DNA of 64,000 nt, from assembly GCF_009834535.1 (NCBI RefSeq), contig NC_045696.1, positions 4,156,001-4,220,000 on the forward strand, given 5' to 3'. A program made the translations under genes and the position numbers. This DNA is from Camelus ferus (taxonomy: Eukaryota). Below the pieces are notes generated by a model. That model searched no databases, was not told where the DNA came from, and worked only from the letters and a program-made list of their open reading frames with translations. Positions 24,791 through 37,127 of this stretch are shown one piece after another. Within the stretch, counting starts at the first letter, position 1. The number at the start of each line of letters is the position of its first letter.

Positions 24791-26534
24791 ATGCGCACCG
24801 TGTTTCCTCAGAGGCGTCTCATCCCACTGGAGACGCAGCTGGGGTTGACCCGTCCGTACTGTGAATTTCAGGTCCTTGTATCTGGTCACGATTCCTTCTG
24901 CTCTGGTTTATCATCGCTCCTAACCTCCATTTCTTTCCAGAAGTCCCTTTGGGGCGCTCGTCCCTGCAGGAACACGTCCCGTGTTCAGTCTTGTTTGACT
25001 CAGAAGCTTCCCCGCTCTCCCGCCTTCTCTGAGGCATCTCTGTCCCGTTCAGTGGTTTCCCTTCACCCTGGCCCGCGTCTCCCTGGTACAGAGAAGAGCT
25101 TTCGGGTTTTGCCTTTTTATTCCTGACGCATGGAGGCCAGGTAATGAAAGAATGAAATCCTGTGACTCGAAGCCACCAAGTTTGGGGTCATTACTTAGAG
25201 CAGCCACTGGAAAGTAGAGTGGTGGGGTATCGAGTCAGCAGCCGGGGGTGAGGGTGATGGTTCTTTCCAGAGACTGTGATCAGGGCCTCTCGCTGCTCAG
25301 ACTTGAGGTTGAGGAGGGGCGGGGGAGGGGGAGCTGACGCCGTCTCTGTGGGGCGAGTCCATCAGGTGACAGGCCTGCCTCCCCCCATCATTCTCTCCAC
25401 TATGCAGGGGAGTCCAGGGACTAGAAGGCGCTGGGAGAAGGAGCTGGAGGGTGGAAAACCTGCGTTTCAGCCCAGGCCTGGTCCCTAACCAGCAGATGCT
25501 CCACATCTGGGTGCCTCAACTTCTGCACCTGTGGAATGGGCACATCTCCCTGACCCAGGGACCCGGACACGTGGGCGCATCCCCAGGCCTGCTGGGAGGC
25601 CACCTGGGCGGCGCCGTGTGCAGGGTTGTCCTGATCCTTGACCTGCACCGCCTCCACCTGCATCTCGTCCTCCTGAAGCCACGCTGTGAGGCCTGGAGAG
25701 AAAGCCTCTGTCCGGGACCCAGGCCCACCCCGTTTGGCTTCGACTCACATGAGTGTGTGAGGGGCCGCAGCAGAACCAACCCCACCCCGGTCCCCAGGCC
25801 CCCAATTCCCCATTCTGAGCCCCTTCCCTGCCCCCAGCCAGGCTGTTCCCAGCTCTCCCGGCCCACCCGCCTCACTCCATCCGCAAACATTTACTAGATG
25901 TCTCCTGAGTAGGACCAGATACACGGTGAAGTGAGAACAGACGGGAAGCCTGCTCCAGGCAGCAGCAGCCCCGTGGGGGGACACGCGTTAGACCGTGTCA
26001 CCTGGAGGATGTGTCCTTACCCACTGAGGTGCCGGCTGGGGGAAAGGCTACGTCCCACGGGAGCCGAGGCCACAGAAGCTGAGCTCGATGTGGGATCAGG
26101 GAAGGCCCCCCAGGACCTGAGTTTCCAGTGGAGATGTGAAGTCTAAATGGGCAGGAAGGGGGCAGGAGGCCCAGCGGGGACAGAGGCCCCCTGGCAAGGG
26201 GGAGCTCCACCCCTGGAGGAGTTGGAGGGACCTGACCAGGAGGCTGGGGTGCAGAAAGGGAGGGGAGTGGGTGCCAGAAGGAGCTGGAGGGAGGGCAGAG
26301 TCTGGGGCTGGACACTGGGCAGAGCCGGGGCAGAGAGAGGACAGGTGTGACTCAGACGAGAAGCCACAGGTTTCAGTGGGGACATGGACTGAAGGAAGTC
26401 CGGGGTGTGCAGAGACCAGCTACTCTGAGGGGGCCCACCAGGGGACTCCAGGAGCTGGGATGAGGCGGGAGAGAGACCAGGAATCTGCCAGGTTCAGAAG
26501 GTGCTCAGGACTTCTGAACACCATGGATTAGAGT

Positions 26535-26642
26535 CAGAGAGAAACAGACAGAGACAAAGACACAGAGAGAGGTAGAGAGAGACTAGGAGAGACAGTGAGA
26601 CAGAGACAGAGAGACACAGAGAGAGACACAGAGAGACAGAGG
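26535..26642. repeat. (GAGACA/GA)n low-complexity repeat
   Basis: agagagaaacagacagagacaaagacacagagag... Confidence 0.9.
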
Positions 26643-28953
26643 GCAGGAAGAGGACCCGAGCCCTGGCTTCAGCAGCGAGCGCACAAGTGCTGGCTCCGGG
26701 GCTGGGCGCGGGGAGCAGAGGAGGAAGTCCTCTGAGGTCTGGGAGTGACATTCACCTGGAAGGTCCTGAGTGTCTCCAGGATGACTCTGAGGTGTTCAGT
26801 GCAGACGTTGCCCAGGCGGCTGGATTTATGGGTCTGGAAAGTCCTGGGAGAATTCCGAGCTGGAGACAAGAGTGTGGAAGGCCTGGGCATAAAAGGACAG
26901 AACGCTAGGAAAGGGGGCTGCTCGAGCCCTCCTGGGCTGGTCCCTGCCTCACCTGCAATCAGAACCCATCGGCTGTGGCCCCGTCCCCTTGGCAGAGGGC
27001 CGTCCCCTGCTCTCCACACCATGAGGGTCACAGCCTCTTTCCAGAGCTGCCCGGGGACGCTTTGCCTCCCACCTGGGTTTGATCTCCCACACAGACCAGA
27101 GTAGACACATTTTCGTGTCCATATCTCTCTGGAGGGCTCCCTCCTGCCCTGGTCTCAGCTCTGTCTGGTGACCCTGGGCCCCTGCACGCCTGTCCCTCTG
27201 AGCACTTGTCTATACCTCCATGGCACCCATCCTAGACCACCTGGATGTATCTTTCCCCAGGATGCCTGCACTGACCTCTGCCTGCCCCCCTGCTCCGCCC
27301 CCCAGACTGTTCCCAGCACAGCACCTGGGGCCATCTCTGTTCCAAGTCAGCTCCGGGGAAGTCAGCCTCGGGAGTCCTGCCAGCAGCTCCCATCTCAGCA
27401 CAGGCGTGTCCCGAGTCCCAGCCAGGAGCCAGGGTCGACCGCCAGTGCCCATCTCCTCCTCCATGGGCCTCACTTCCTCTGCCGGATGCCCTGGCCTCCC
27501 CGCACTGAACCCATCCCATCCCCAGGGCCTTTGCACATGCTGCTCTTTACCCTGATGTCCCCACGGCCCTGTCTTCACACCCTCAGCTCCAGTGTCACCT
27601 CCCAGAGAGCCCCCGGACCACACGGGTTTGAGTATCCCCTTGTGTCTTGAAAACCCTCAGACAGTCTGGTTCGCACACACTCCTTTGAGACTCAGCCCAG
27701 GTATCACCGTCAGAAACTCACGCTGGGTGTTGCTGTTCCGACTTCTACTGGGAATCCCCAAGACTCCAGGCCAAACGTTCCCCATCACTCGTGTGCTTAA
27801 AACTGGAAAGCTGGCCAGCGGCTCCTCACGCTTTCAGTACAAAGGGATCCCCGGGGATCGGTCGGACGGCAGATTCTGACTCAGTGACCCCCCGGCTGGG
27901 GCTCTGCACCTCTTCCCCGGGACCCGGGATGTGGCGTCGCTACTCCCAGCCCAGCTTCAGGGGTGGGGTCTGGACAAGCAGACGATCCTCGCCCAGGCAT
28001 CTGGGACACCCAGGGAGAGGCTGGGCCCCCACCCTCTCTTCCCACCGCTGGACGAGTCACCCCACCTGCCGAGTGTGGGGTCGGCAGCGCCCACTCTGCA
28101 GCACTCGCTCCACGATTCACAGGAGGGGTGATCTGCGGCTGGACACGGGAGAGGGCTCAGTGGACATACTCCCGGGGCCCACATCTGGGGCCCAGGGCTG
28201 ACCTCTAGCTCTCAGCACCGGCCGTGCCCGAAGACCCTCCTGGCTGTGCGCTCCCTCCCGCTGAGTCATCCAGCCCCTCTGCCCCGGCCCCAAACCCCCC
28301 ACCCAGACAGGCCCAACAGCGGTGCCTTCCCGGGCCGTCCCTCCCGGGGAACCTACACATTCACCTTGACTTTCTCCTGACCCAGACCAGTCCAGTCAGC
28401 CTTGGTGATGGCTGAACATGACCACAATGGCCTTACCCTATGTGGGGACCCTCTCTGTGCCCAGTATGGCTGTAGCCCTTCCACACTGTAATCTGGCCCA
28501 GTCCTCACCAGGGTCCCCAGGGAGGGCTATCCTCACCTCCTCCAAGACGGGGAGATGGAAGTGAGAGGCTGGGACCACCTTGCCGGGACCACAATGCTGT
28601 GGGGTGAGGGGGGAGGCAGGGTCCAGGCAGTGGGCAGTCGGCTAGTCCCGGGGCCTCGCCTCTCCACTGGCCACCGAGTCAGGGCCCGGCGAGCGAGGGC
28701 AGACGGGGGTGGGGGTGAGGAGAAAGGACACGGTCCTGCCCTGAGGGTCTCCCAGGCCCAGCAGAGAGCACAGGACACACTGTCCTCCCTCAGGTGCACA
28801 CGCGCCCCGACACGCACACACACTGGTCCACACTCACTTGTGAGCCCCGCGTGCTGGGCGCAGATGAGCGGGAGGTAGAGGCCACTCAGAGACATGGGGC
28901 TTCTGTCCGGGGAGGGGATGGGGCAGGAAGCAGCAGCTCACATGTGGGGACAG

Positions 28954-29458
28954 TGATAAAGGACGTGTTCCCATATGGAGGTGCAGCAGGGCGTTGTGGC
29001 TTATACATGAGTTACCTTGGATCTGAGGCTGAAAAAGCCTGTCTGTGGCCCGTCAAACATGCGCTGTCCACCTGCTCTAATTATTACAGAAAAGGGTGCA
29101 CTGACCAGAAGTAAAGAAGGTCCATGTTAAAAGTAAATACGAAACGCCCCTCTTTGCAGGACACCAGTGCTGTCCCTCCTTTGAAAATAAGACCCCCTTC
29201 GCGGGTGCCGAGGCCACACTGACTCACCGTGCACGTGCTGGGCTGTTCTTTTTCACTTTGAAACCTTGAAGAAATGTAACACTGACTTGTTTAATGCTCT
29301 TTGTTCTGACAAGACAGAAAACTGTGCTGGAAGCCCTGCTTCTCCAAAGCGGTTTCTGGGAGGAGCCTGGGAAGCACGCTTCCGGACTGGTCCTCAGTTT
29401 GGCTCAGATAAAACCCTTTTCTATTCTTATTGTTGATTGTTTCTTATTTTCACTGACA
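28954..29458 (+). mobile_element. ERV1 solo LTR (MER34/MER39-like), copy 3, apparently full length
   Basis: TGATAAA...CTGACA termini; homologous along its length to 10835-11274 (reverse complement). Confidence 0.85.
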
Positions 29459-29534
29459 GTAGCCATGTCTCCTGGGCAGATCAGATGGACTCTGTAGAAC
29501 TAGACGGGTGTTCAGAGTAGGCTTTAACTCCTTC

Positions 29535-30140
29535 TGCATTGGTTTGCCGGGGCCCCCAGAATTAAACACCACGAGCTGGGCGGTGTAAACGACGGACATT
29601 TATTTTCTCACAGTGTTGGGGGCCAGAAGTCAAGGTGAAGGTGCCAGCAGAGCTGGCTTCTCCTGAGGTCACTGTCCTCAGCCTGTGGGTGGCTTGCTCC
29701 CTCTGCGCCCAGGGGCCCCGGGGCCGCTTCCTCTTCTTGTGAAGAACGCCTCATGTTGGATCAGGGGCTCCCCAGGGCCCTCATCTTGTCTTTTTTTTTT
29801 TTTCAAAGTAATATTCTCTTACTATGATTGCTATTTTACTTATAATTTTATCTGAAAGAACCAGCAAGCAAAATAGACAAGAAAATTCACAAATAGTAAT
29901 AACAAAATAGTATTCTTTTTTTTTAATTGAAGTATAGTCAGTTACATGTCAATTTCTGGTGTACCGCACCACGTCCCAGTCATGCATATACATACATACA
30001 TTCGTTTTCATATTCTCCCTCATTTTGTCTTAATCACCTCTGTAAAGACCTCATCTCCAAAAACGGTTACGGTCTGAGGTGCTGGGGGGGTGGGACTTCG
30101 CCATATGAAATTTTGAGGGTGCACAATTTAGCCCTTAACA
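29535..30140 (-). mobile_element. MLT1 (MaLR) solo LTR interrupted by an L1 insertion
   Basis: catttattttctcacagt...gccagaagtcaagg and cttaatcacctctgtaaagacctcatctccaaa...cacaatttagcccttaaca; TSD ccttc/acttc. Confidence 0.85.
29793..30016 (-). mobile_element. 5'-truncated L1 (~92 bp) plus ~112 bp 3'-transduced sequence, with two poly(A) tracts
   Basis: 15-bp TSD ccctcatcttgtctt (29778-29792) / ccctcattttgtctt (30017-30031); T13 at 29791-29803 and T9 at 29916-29924. Confidence 0.8.
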
Positions 30141-30209
30141 ACTTCTTTTGGTCCATGAAAAATATGTTAAAAAGTAAAGATGTTAAAAAGTAAAGATGTG
30201 AAAACCTAT

Positions 30210-32310
30210 AGTGCATAATAAACTGATGAACATAGTTCAGATTCTCTGCCGTGAAGGGAAAAAAAACACCCTCTTTTCAAGAATCCACAGAACATGGAAA
30301 CTGGCCTGTGTTAAGCCACAGTCAGTCCCAAAGTTTGGACATATTACAGATAAAACTTACTGATCCCAGTACAACCAAAGAGGAACCTGGTAGGAAACAA
30401 AAAGTTTTCCAAAAAATTCTCTACATCCCTACGGTGAAGGAGGAAAGAAGCTGAAAAATGACAGAGTTTGTAGAAAATAATGATAAAGACACTGCATGTC
30501 AGAATGTATGAAATACAGTTCAGCCAGCACTCAGAGGGGTATTTACTGCCACCAATGCTTTTATCAATAAAACAGAAGGAAAGCAAATAATCAGTCAAAA
30601 ATTAGAAGGGAGAGAGGAATAAAAGTAAAAATGGAAATAAATAAGAGCAGGAAACAGCAGAACTAACCAAGGGAACCTTTAAAAAATAAATCCCTAACAT
30701 CAACAATAAAATGGACAAGTCATGAGCCACCTGATATACATACTAGAAAATGAACACAAATACACAAAACAGGAAATAAGGAGAAAAATGACTACTACTA
30801 AAGCAGGAGAAATGGGGGAAGGAATCATAAGACAGTTGTGCCCAACTTTTAAATGTAATTTGGAAATCTGGATTAAAATGGATGCTTTTATAAGAAATAT
30901 AATTTATCAAAACACTTTAGTAGAGAGAGAAAAATCTAAACAGATTATTTCCATAGCAGACAGAGAAAGTTGTCAAGGTGCTAGCTCTGCAAAGAACACT
31001 GTGCCCAGAGAACTTCTTAAGGGAATGCTACCAAACTTTTAAAGAGCAGATATTCCACTTCTGTGCATACGCTCTTCCTGAACACAGGAAAAAAGATTAA
31101 ACATCCAATTCTTTCTATAAAGTGAAGGCAACATTGATCATACCACCGGACAAACTGCAGAAAAGAAAACTCGGCCTGTGAATGTGTTTAGAAAATTCTA
31201 AGGAAAACATGGGCAAACAGAACCTAAAAGCACATGAAAGGAACACCACATCATGACCAAATGAAGGCTACTGCGGAAGTGCACATGGTTCAGTATTAGG
31301 AGATGTCATAATGCAACTCAGGATGTTATTAAATCTAAGAAGGTAAAACCCAGTAATCTCCCTAAATGATGAAAAGGCACCTAACAGAATTGTAAGATTT
31401 ATGATGATGTTTTCAGTAAAAGCAGACTAGATGGTGTATGAGTCAGGGTTCCTCAGAGAACCAACAGGAATTTGGTTCCCGTAATTGTGGAGGCTGCCAG
31501 GTCCAAACTGCAGGGCAGGCTGGAGGCTGGAGACCCAGGGAATTGTTGATGATGCAGCTCAAGTCCAGTCTGGAGGCAGAATTCTCTCTTTCTTCAGGGA
31601 CTTCAGTCTTTCTCCCTTAAGACCTTCAACTGATTAGATGAGGCCCACCCATATTCTAGAGGGTAATATGCTTTACTGAACATCCACTGATTTAAATGTT
31701 AATATCTTATAGTAGCTTCATAGAAACATTGACACATAAAGTTAATCATCACAGATGTGGATATTCCTCAATGTAATAAATTATATCTTTCTCAGCCACT
31801 GGTGTCAATGTTTAAAGTTGGGAACAAGATAAAGATGCCCATTACTATTTTATCCTCCATTAAATGTACTGGGCAATGTAATGAGACAGGAGAAAGGAAA
31901 CAGGTGTAAAATTGGAAAGACTGATGTGATACTATCACAATCTACATGATACAATTGTACACCTGCAAAACCCAAAATACTCTTGAAAAATCTCAAACAA
32001 AAGAATTCACTAAGAAAGCACAATACAAAATTAATACACAGAAATCATCAGCTTTCATATTCCCAAAAAATCAACCAGTTAGATTTAACAGGAGAAAAGA
32101 TCTCTTTCACAATAAAAAAAAAAAAGACTAGATAGAAATGAATTTAAGAAGAAATTGGCAAGACTATATCAAGAAGCTTAATGTTCTGAAGGAACAAAAA
32201 AGAAGCAATTAACGAGTAGAGACATATTTCCTCTTCTTGGATAGGACATCTCGACATCAGAAAAGTGTCAGGTCTTCCTAAGGTAAATTATTTATGTGAT
32301 TTATGTGTAT
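30210..32310 (+). mobile_element. Old L1M ORF2 remnant (continues at ~33090 and ~35130-35900)
   Basis: Decayed ORF2 motifs in collinear order (aatacaaaattaatacacagaaatca; ttatttgcagatgacataatt at ~35190). Confidence 0.75.
31435..31753 (-). mobile_element. MLT2 (ERVL) solo LTR, internally shortened
   Basis: tgtatgagtcagggttc...ccttcaactgattagatgaggcccaccca...ttgacacataaagttaatcatcaca; TSD gatgg/gatgt. Confidence 0.85.
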
Positions 32311-32327
32311 TTTGGGGGGCATCTTTA

Positions 32328-33071
32328 TTTTTTTTAACATTTTTTATTGATTTATAATCATTTTACAATGTTGTGTCAAATTCCAGTGTTCAGCACAATT
32401 TTTCAGTCATTCATGGACATATACACACTCATTGTCACATTTTTTTCTCTGTGAGTTATCATAACATTTTGTGTATATTTCCCTGTGCTATACAGTGTAA
32501 TCTTGTTTATCTATTCAACAATTTTGAAATCTCAGTCTATCCCTTCCCACCCTCCACCCCCCGGTAACCACAAGTCTGTATTCTCTGTCTGTGAGTCTAT
32601 TTCTGTCCTTTATTTACGCTTTGTTTTTGTTTGTTTGTTTTTGTTTTTGTTTTTTAGATTCCACATATAAGTGATCTCATATGGTATTTTTCTTTCTCTT
32701 TCTGGCTTACTTCACTTAGAATGACATTCTCCAGGAGCATCCATGTTCCTGCAAATGGCGTTATGTTGTTGGTTTTTATGGCTGAGTAGTATTCCATTGT
32801 ATAAATATACCACATCTTCTTTATCCAGTCACCTGTTGATGGACATTTAGGCTGTTTCCATGTTTTGGCTATTGTAAATAGTGCTGCTATGAACATTGGG
32901 GTGCAGGTGTCATCCTGAAGTAGATTTCCTTCTGGATACAAGCCCAGGAGTGGGATTCCTGGGTCATATGGTAAGTCTATTCCTAGTCTTTTGAGGAATC
33001 TCCACACTGTTTTCTATAGTGGCTGCACCAAACTGCATTCCCACCAGCAGTGTAGGAGGGTTCCCCTTTCC
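32328..33071 (-). mobile_element. Young 5'-truncated L1 with open ORF2 C-terminus and 3' UTR
   Basis: Uninterrupted [24 protein letters not shown]...MEYYSAIK...HMRSLICGI*; TSD ttgggggg(gg)catcttta on both sides. Confidence 0.95.
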
Positions 33072-33699
33072 TTGGGGGGGGCATCTTTAAAAGCTAATTC
33101 AAATGTTGATATGAGAAAAATAAGAACAGCCAGGAAAACTTTGAAAAAGAAGAATGTTGTGAGTGAAGTAGCCACAACAACTATTAACACATAGTATAAA
33201 GTTTTAATACCACAAGAAGAAAACATGCTTATAAGTTCCTCTGTAAATCTGGAGTTGGAAAACTTTTTTAATAGAATCAAATCAGAAGACTTACTAAAAA
33301 CTGTTTAGTAGATTTGAACATGTGTGTGTGTATACACTTTTCTCAAAGGTAAAAACAGAAAACCAAAAACCCAACATAAGGAAAGCCAGAAGACATGACA
33401 AACGGAAACAAAAATTTCAAGTGATAATCTCACCCCTTTTTTTGAGCAAAACAGTTAACCATCACATGTGGTGCTTCCTAAGCGGCAGGCATTGTCCTGA
33501 GCACTTAAAAAGATTGAGCTCAGTGATGCAGTATTATTATCAACCCCATTTCATGGCTGGGAAAGTCAAGTAGGAAGGGTTATTTTGCTGAGTAATTTGC
33601 TGAGATCACAGAGCTACTGCAAACAGACCTCCGTATATAAAGCTGTAATTTTTGGGGGGTGTCCTTGTGAAGATCTTATTTTCTTTTTAAAAATTTTTA

Positions 33700-34250
33700 A
33701 AATAATTTTTTTTAATTAAAGTAGAGTCAATTTACAATGTTGTGTTAATCTCTGGTGCACAGCATAATGTTTCAGTTATACATACATATACTCCTTTTCA
33801 TAGTCTTTTTCATTGTAGGTTATTACAAGGTGTTGAATACAGTTCCCTGTGCTGTACAGCAGGACTTGGCTGTTTATCTATTTTATATATAATCGTTTGT
33901 ATCTGCAAATCCCAAACTCCCAATTGATCCCTTCCTACCCCATTCTCCTCCCTGGTAACCATAAGTTTCTTTTCTTTGTGTGTCTGTTTCTTTTTCTCAA
34001 ATAATTTCACTTGTGTCATTTTTTTAGATTCCACACATAAGTAATATCATACAGTATTTATCTTTCTCCTTCTGGCTTACTTCACTTAATATGACAATCT
34101 CCAGGGCCATCCATGTTGCTGCAAGTGGCACTGTTTTATTCCTTTTTATAGCTAAGTAGTATTTCATTGTATAAACACACCACAACTTCTTTACCCAGTC
34201 ATCTGCTGATGGACATTTCGGTTGCCTCCATGTCTTAGCTATTGTAAACG
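33700..34250 (-). mobile_element. L1 3' end (ORF2 terminus plus 3' UTR), cetartiodactyl type
   Basis: aaagtagagtcaatttacaatgttgtg...tagattccacacataagt...ggacatttcggttgcctccatgtc. Confidence 0.9.
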
Positions 34251-36669
34251 TTAAAGCCTGTACTATTGATACACCAATATATATGACTTCCTAGAAAACA
34301 ACCCAATAGAAAAACGGGCAAATGATTGGAAGAGTTTATAGAAAAGGAACTCCAGTTGGCTGTCAAATACATGAAAAGATGTCTAAAGTTGCTCATAATA
34401 AAAGACAGGCAAATTAGAACTTTGCTGAAAAATCATTTTCCACTAATCAGCTTGGCAAAAATTTGAAAGCTTAAAAATCACCTTCCTGATGAGAAAACAG
34501 GGAAACAGGTATACTCACCCACCACTTGTGGGAGAATGCCTTGGACTTGCTCCCAGAAAGGGCAATTGGACAGTGTTTGAGGGGTTACAAATGCAGGCGT
34601 CTTCTAACCCAGCAATTGCCTTCCTGGAAATGAATCCTCCAGGTGGACGTGGCCACATAACGATGTTTGGATAAGGTTATTCACTGCAGCAATGTTTGTC
34701 AGAGCAGAAGGTGAGATGCTGGCGACATGAGACTGGTGAGACGGAGAGTGACACATGCACTCAGTGGCTGTGATGCCTCTGGAAAAGTATCTGGAGCCAT
34801 TTCCAAGGTAAACTACGTGAAACCAGAAAGAAAGCAGACCAGTGTATGTAGTCTGTTACCTTTTCATGGAAAAGAGAGGGAAAATAAGAATGTATGCTGA
34901 TCAGTACCTAAAGATAAATTGGAAGGCTGCTGGCAAACTCATAAGAGGTCACCTTGGCAGAGGTGGGGGGCAGTGGGAAGGGGTTGAAAGTAGGCAGATG
35001 AGAGGTGAGGGGTGGGAAGGAGATTTTTCACCATATATTGTTTTGATCTTTGAAATTTGTGAATGCATAACCTATTTAAACTTAAATTCAAACTGGCTTA
35101 AGCATTGTGTTATATGCCACAATAGGCATTAAAAAAAAGAACATAATATAAAAGGCACAAATATTAGAAAGGAGCTATGATTACCATTATTTGCAGATGA
35201 CATAATTTTCTTCTCAGAAACCCCCAGAAGATTAAAGCCAGGAAGAAACTTGTTAGAAACAATAGTTTACTAATGTGGTCAATTACAAGATGGACACAGA
35301 AAAATAGGTGTTTTCCGATATCTGACAATAACCAATTTTAAAATGTTATAGAAAAAAATATCCCACTCATAGTGTCAACAAAAAATTCAAAACCCTTGGG
35401 AACTAAGTTGTCAAGAAGTAGGCATGGATCAACGTGAATTTAAATTTTACTGAGGGACGTGACAGGTGCCAAACAAAGACACAACTACACCATTCTGTTG
35501 AAGTCAAAGGCTCGGTTTTGTAACAATGTAAATTCTCTCTAAATTCATCTGTAAATTTAGCATGATTCCAAAACAGCCCTGAACAGGGTATATCAGAGAC
35601 ATCATCCAGCATTTCTGAAGGATATCCAGAAAAGAAACACATGGTAATGTCACCTGAGAGGACTAACCAGGGGGATAGCATATATTAATCCTGTATTAGT
35701 ATTAATAATATTATTCCTCCTAGGAATTAAGTCACATCGGCAAGTGGACCCAGGTGCAAAAGCAGATCCACATGGAGAATCAGAGGGGGACAGAACTGGC
35801 CCTAATAAGTGCAGGAATCTAGAAAATGCTCAGGGTGGCAATTACTCAATCAGCAGGATCAGTTCTGTTGGCTGGTCACGTAGAACGCAGCATGAATGTG
35901 ACTCTGGAAACATGGAAGCAGGTACCAGGGCAAACCAGACTAGGGGGCTGCCTCTGCACAGCAGGCTCTAAAGGTGGGTAGGGGTGAGGCCGGTGACCAC
36001 TGGTTTTTGTGATATGCCTCTCTTGAGATTATTTGAATTTTTTAAAATGATGTAAATGTGTTACTTGAATAAAAATAAAAGTTAAAAATCCCTAAACCAT
36101 CCTTTTCTATCCACGAGTCCCACTTCGTGGCGTAACAGGTTAGTGTGAATTTCACATACTCACTAAACTGTTACATTTTATACTCTCACATTCATATTAA
36201 CATATTTCTCTTTAACCATGGATGCGATATTGGCATATTATTCAGCAAATTGCTTTTCTTGCTCTACCCTAGTTCCTGGTCTGTCCACATTTCTGTTTCT
36301 TTAGAACAGATTTCTAAGAGAAGCATCGATCCAGCGATGGCTTGGCTGTTTTTCGGGCTCTCTAAAATGACTTCTCCAGTTTACACTCCTCATCAGCAAA
36401 ATAGGAAATCGCTCATGCCTTAGGCAGCTTTGTGCATAAAACCTTTGTGCATTTGATTTTTAGCTACTTCAACATTTTGCATACGTTATTAATAAGGCTG
36501 AACATTTGCATGTTTCTTAATCATTTATATTCCCACTTTTGTTAGCATTTGTTCATAATCTTTCCATTTCTACTGGGCTCTCATGTTCTTCTTTGGTGTT
36601 TTAAGGGTCCTTGGGGTTTGTTTAAATGAGGTAAGACACACAGAAGCAGAAATAACTGTCCTGATGGCA

Positions 36670-37127
36670 GAAGTGTGTTTTGCTTACAGATCACTAGAGA
36701 CAGGAGGCGGCTTGTGCCCGGGGGGAGCACCATGTTGAGGGAGGGGGCAGCGGGAGGCAGAGAGGACACAAGAGCATTTATTGTGGTTTCTGTAGGATGG
36801 AATGGGGCAGGAAGGGTTAATGGGCTTAGGGTTGTCTAGACTGAATACCTCCAGCAGTCTTTGGGGCATAGGGACTGTCTTAAATGGTTGGTACCTGACC
36901 CTGGGGTGATGAGGGCAGGGAGACAGTGGCCCAGTGTGAGAGTCATAAAGGATAAAGAAGGTCTTAGGGATGAGGGTTCTGGATTGGTTGGTTTGCATTT
37001 GAAAGACACACACCCAGGTGATTTGTTTGCTTGCAGGTGAGTTTCTTGTTCTCTCAGGAATTGGCCAACCCTAGGAGTCCATTTTCTTCAGGGTCAGCAA
37101 GTTCCCAGAGGTCAAAGCATCAGAATA
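36670..37127 (-). mobile_element. MER54-like (ERVL) LTR
   Basis: ctggattggttggtttgcatttgaaag...agggtcagcaag...gtcaaagcatcagaata resembles the MER54 reverse complement. Confidence 0.75.

Noticed and set aside
25560..25620. Minus-strand ATGCGCCCA resembling the FAM3B start (MRP...)
   Set aside because: Only a 9-nt match, with no consensus donor at the expected position and no downstream FAM3B exons recognised; probably chance.
30164..30204. 16-bp tandem duplication atgttaaaaagtaaag
   Set aside because: Simple slippage duplication in repeat-derived DNA with no evident function.
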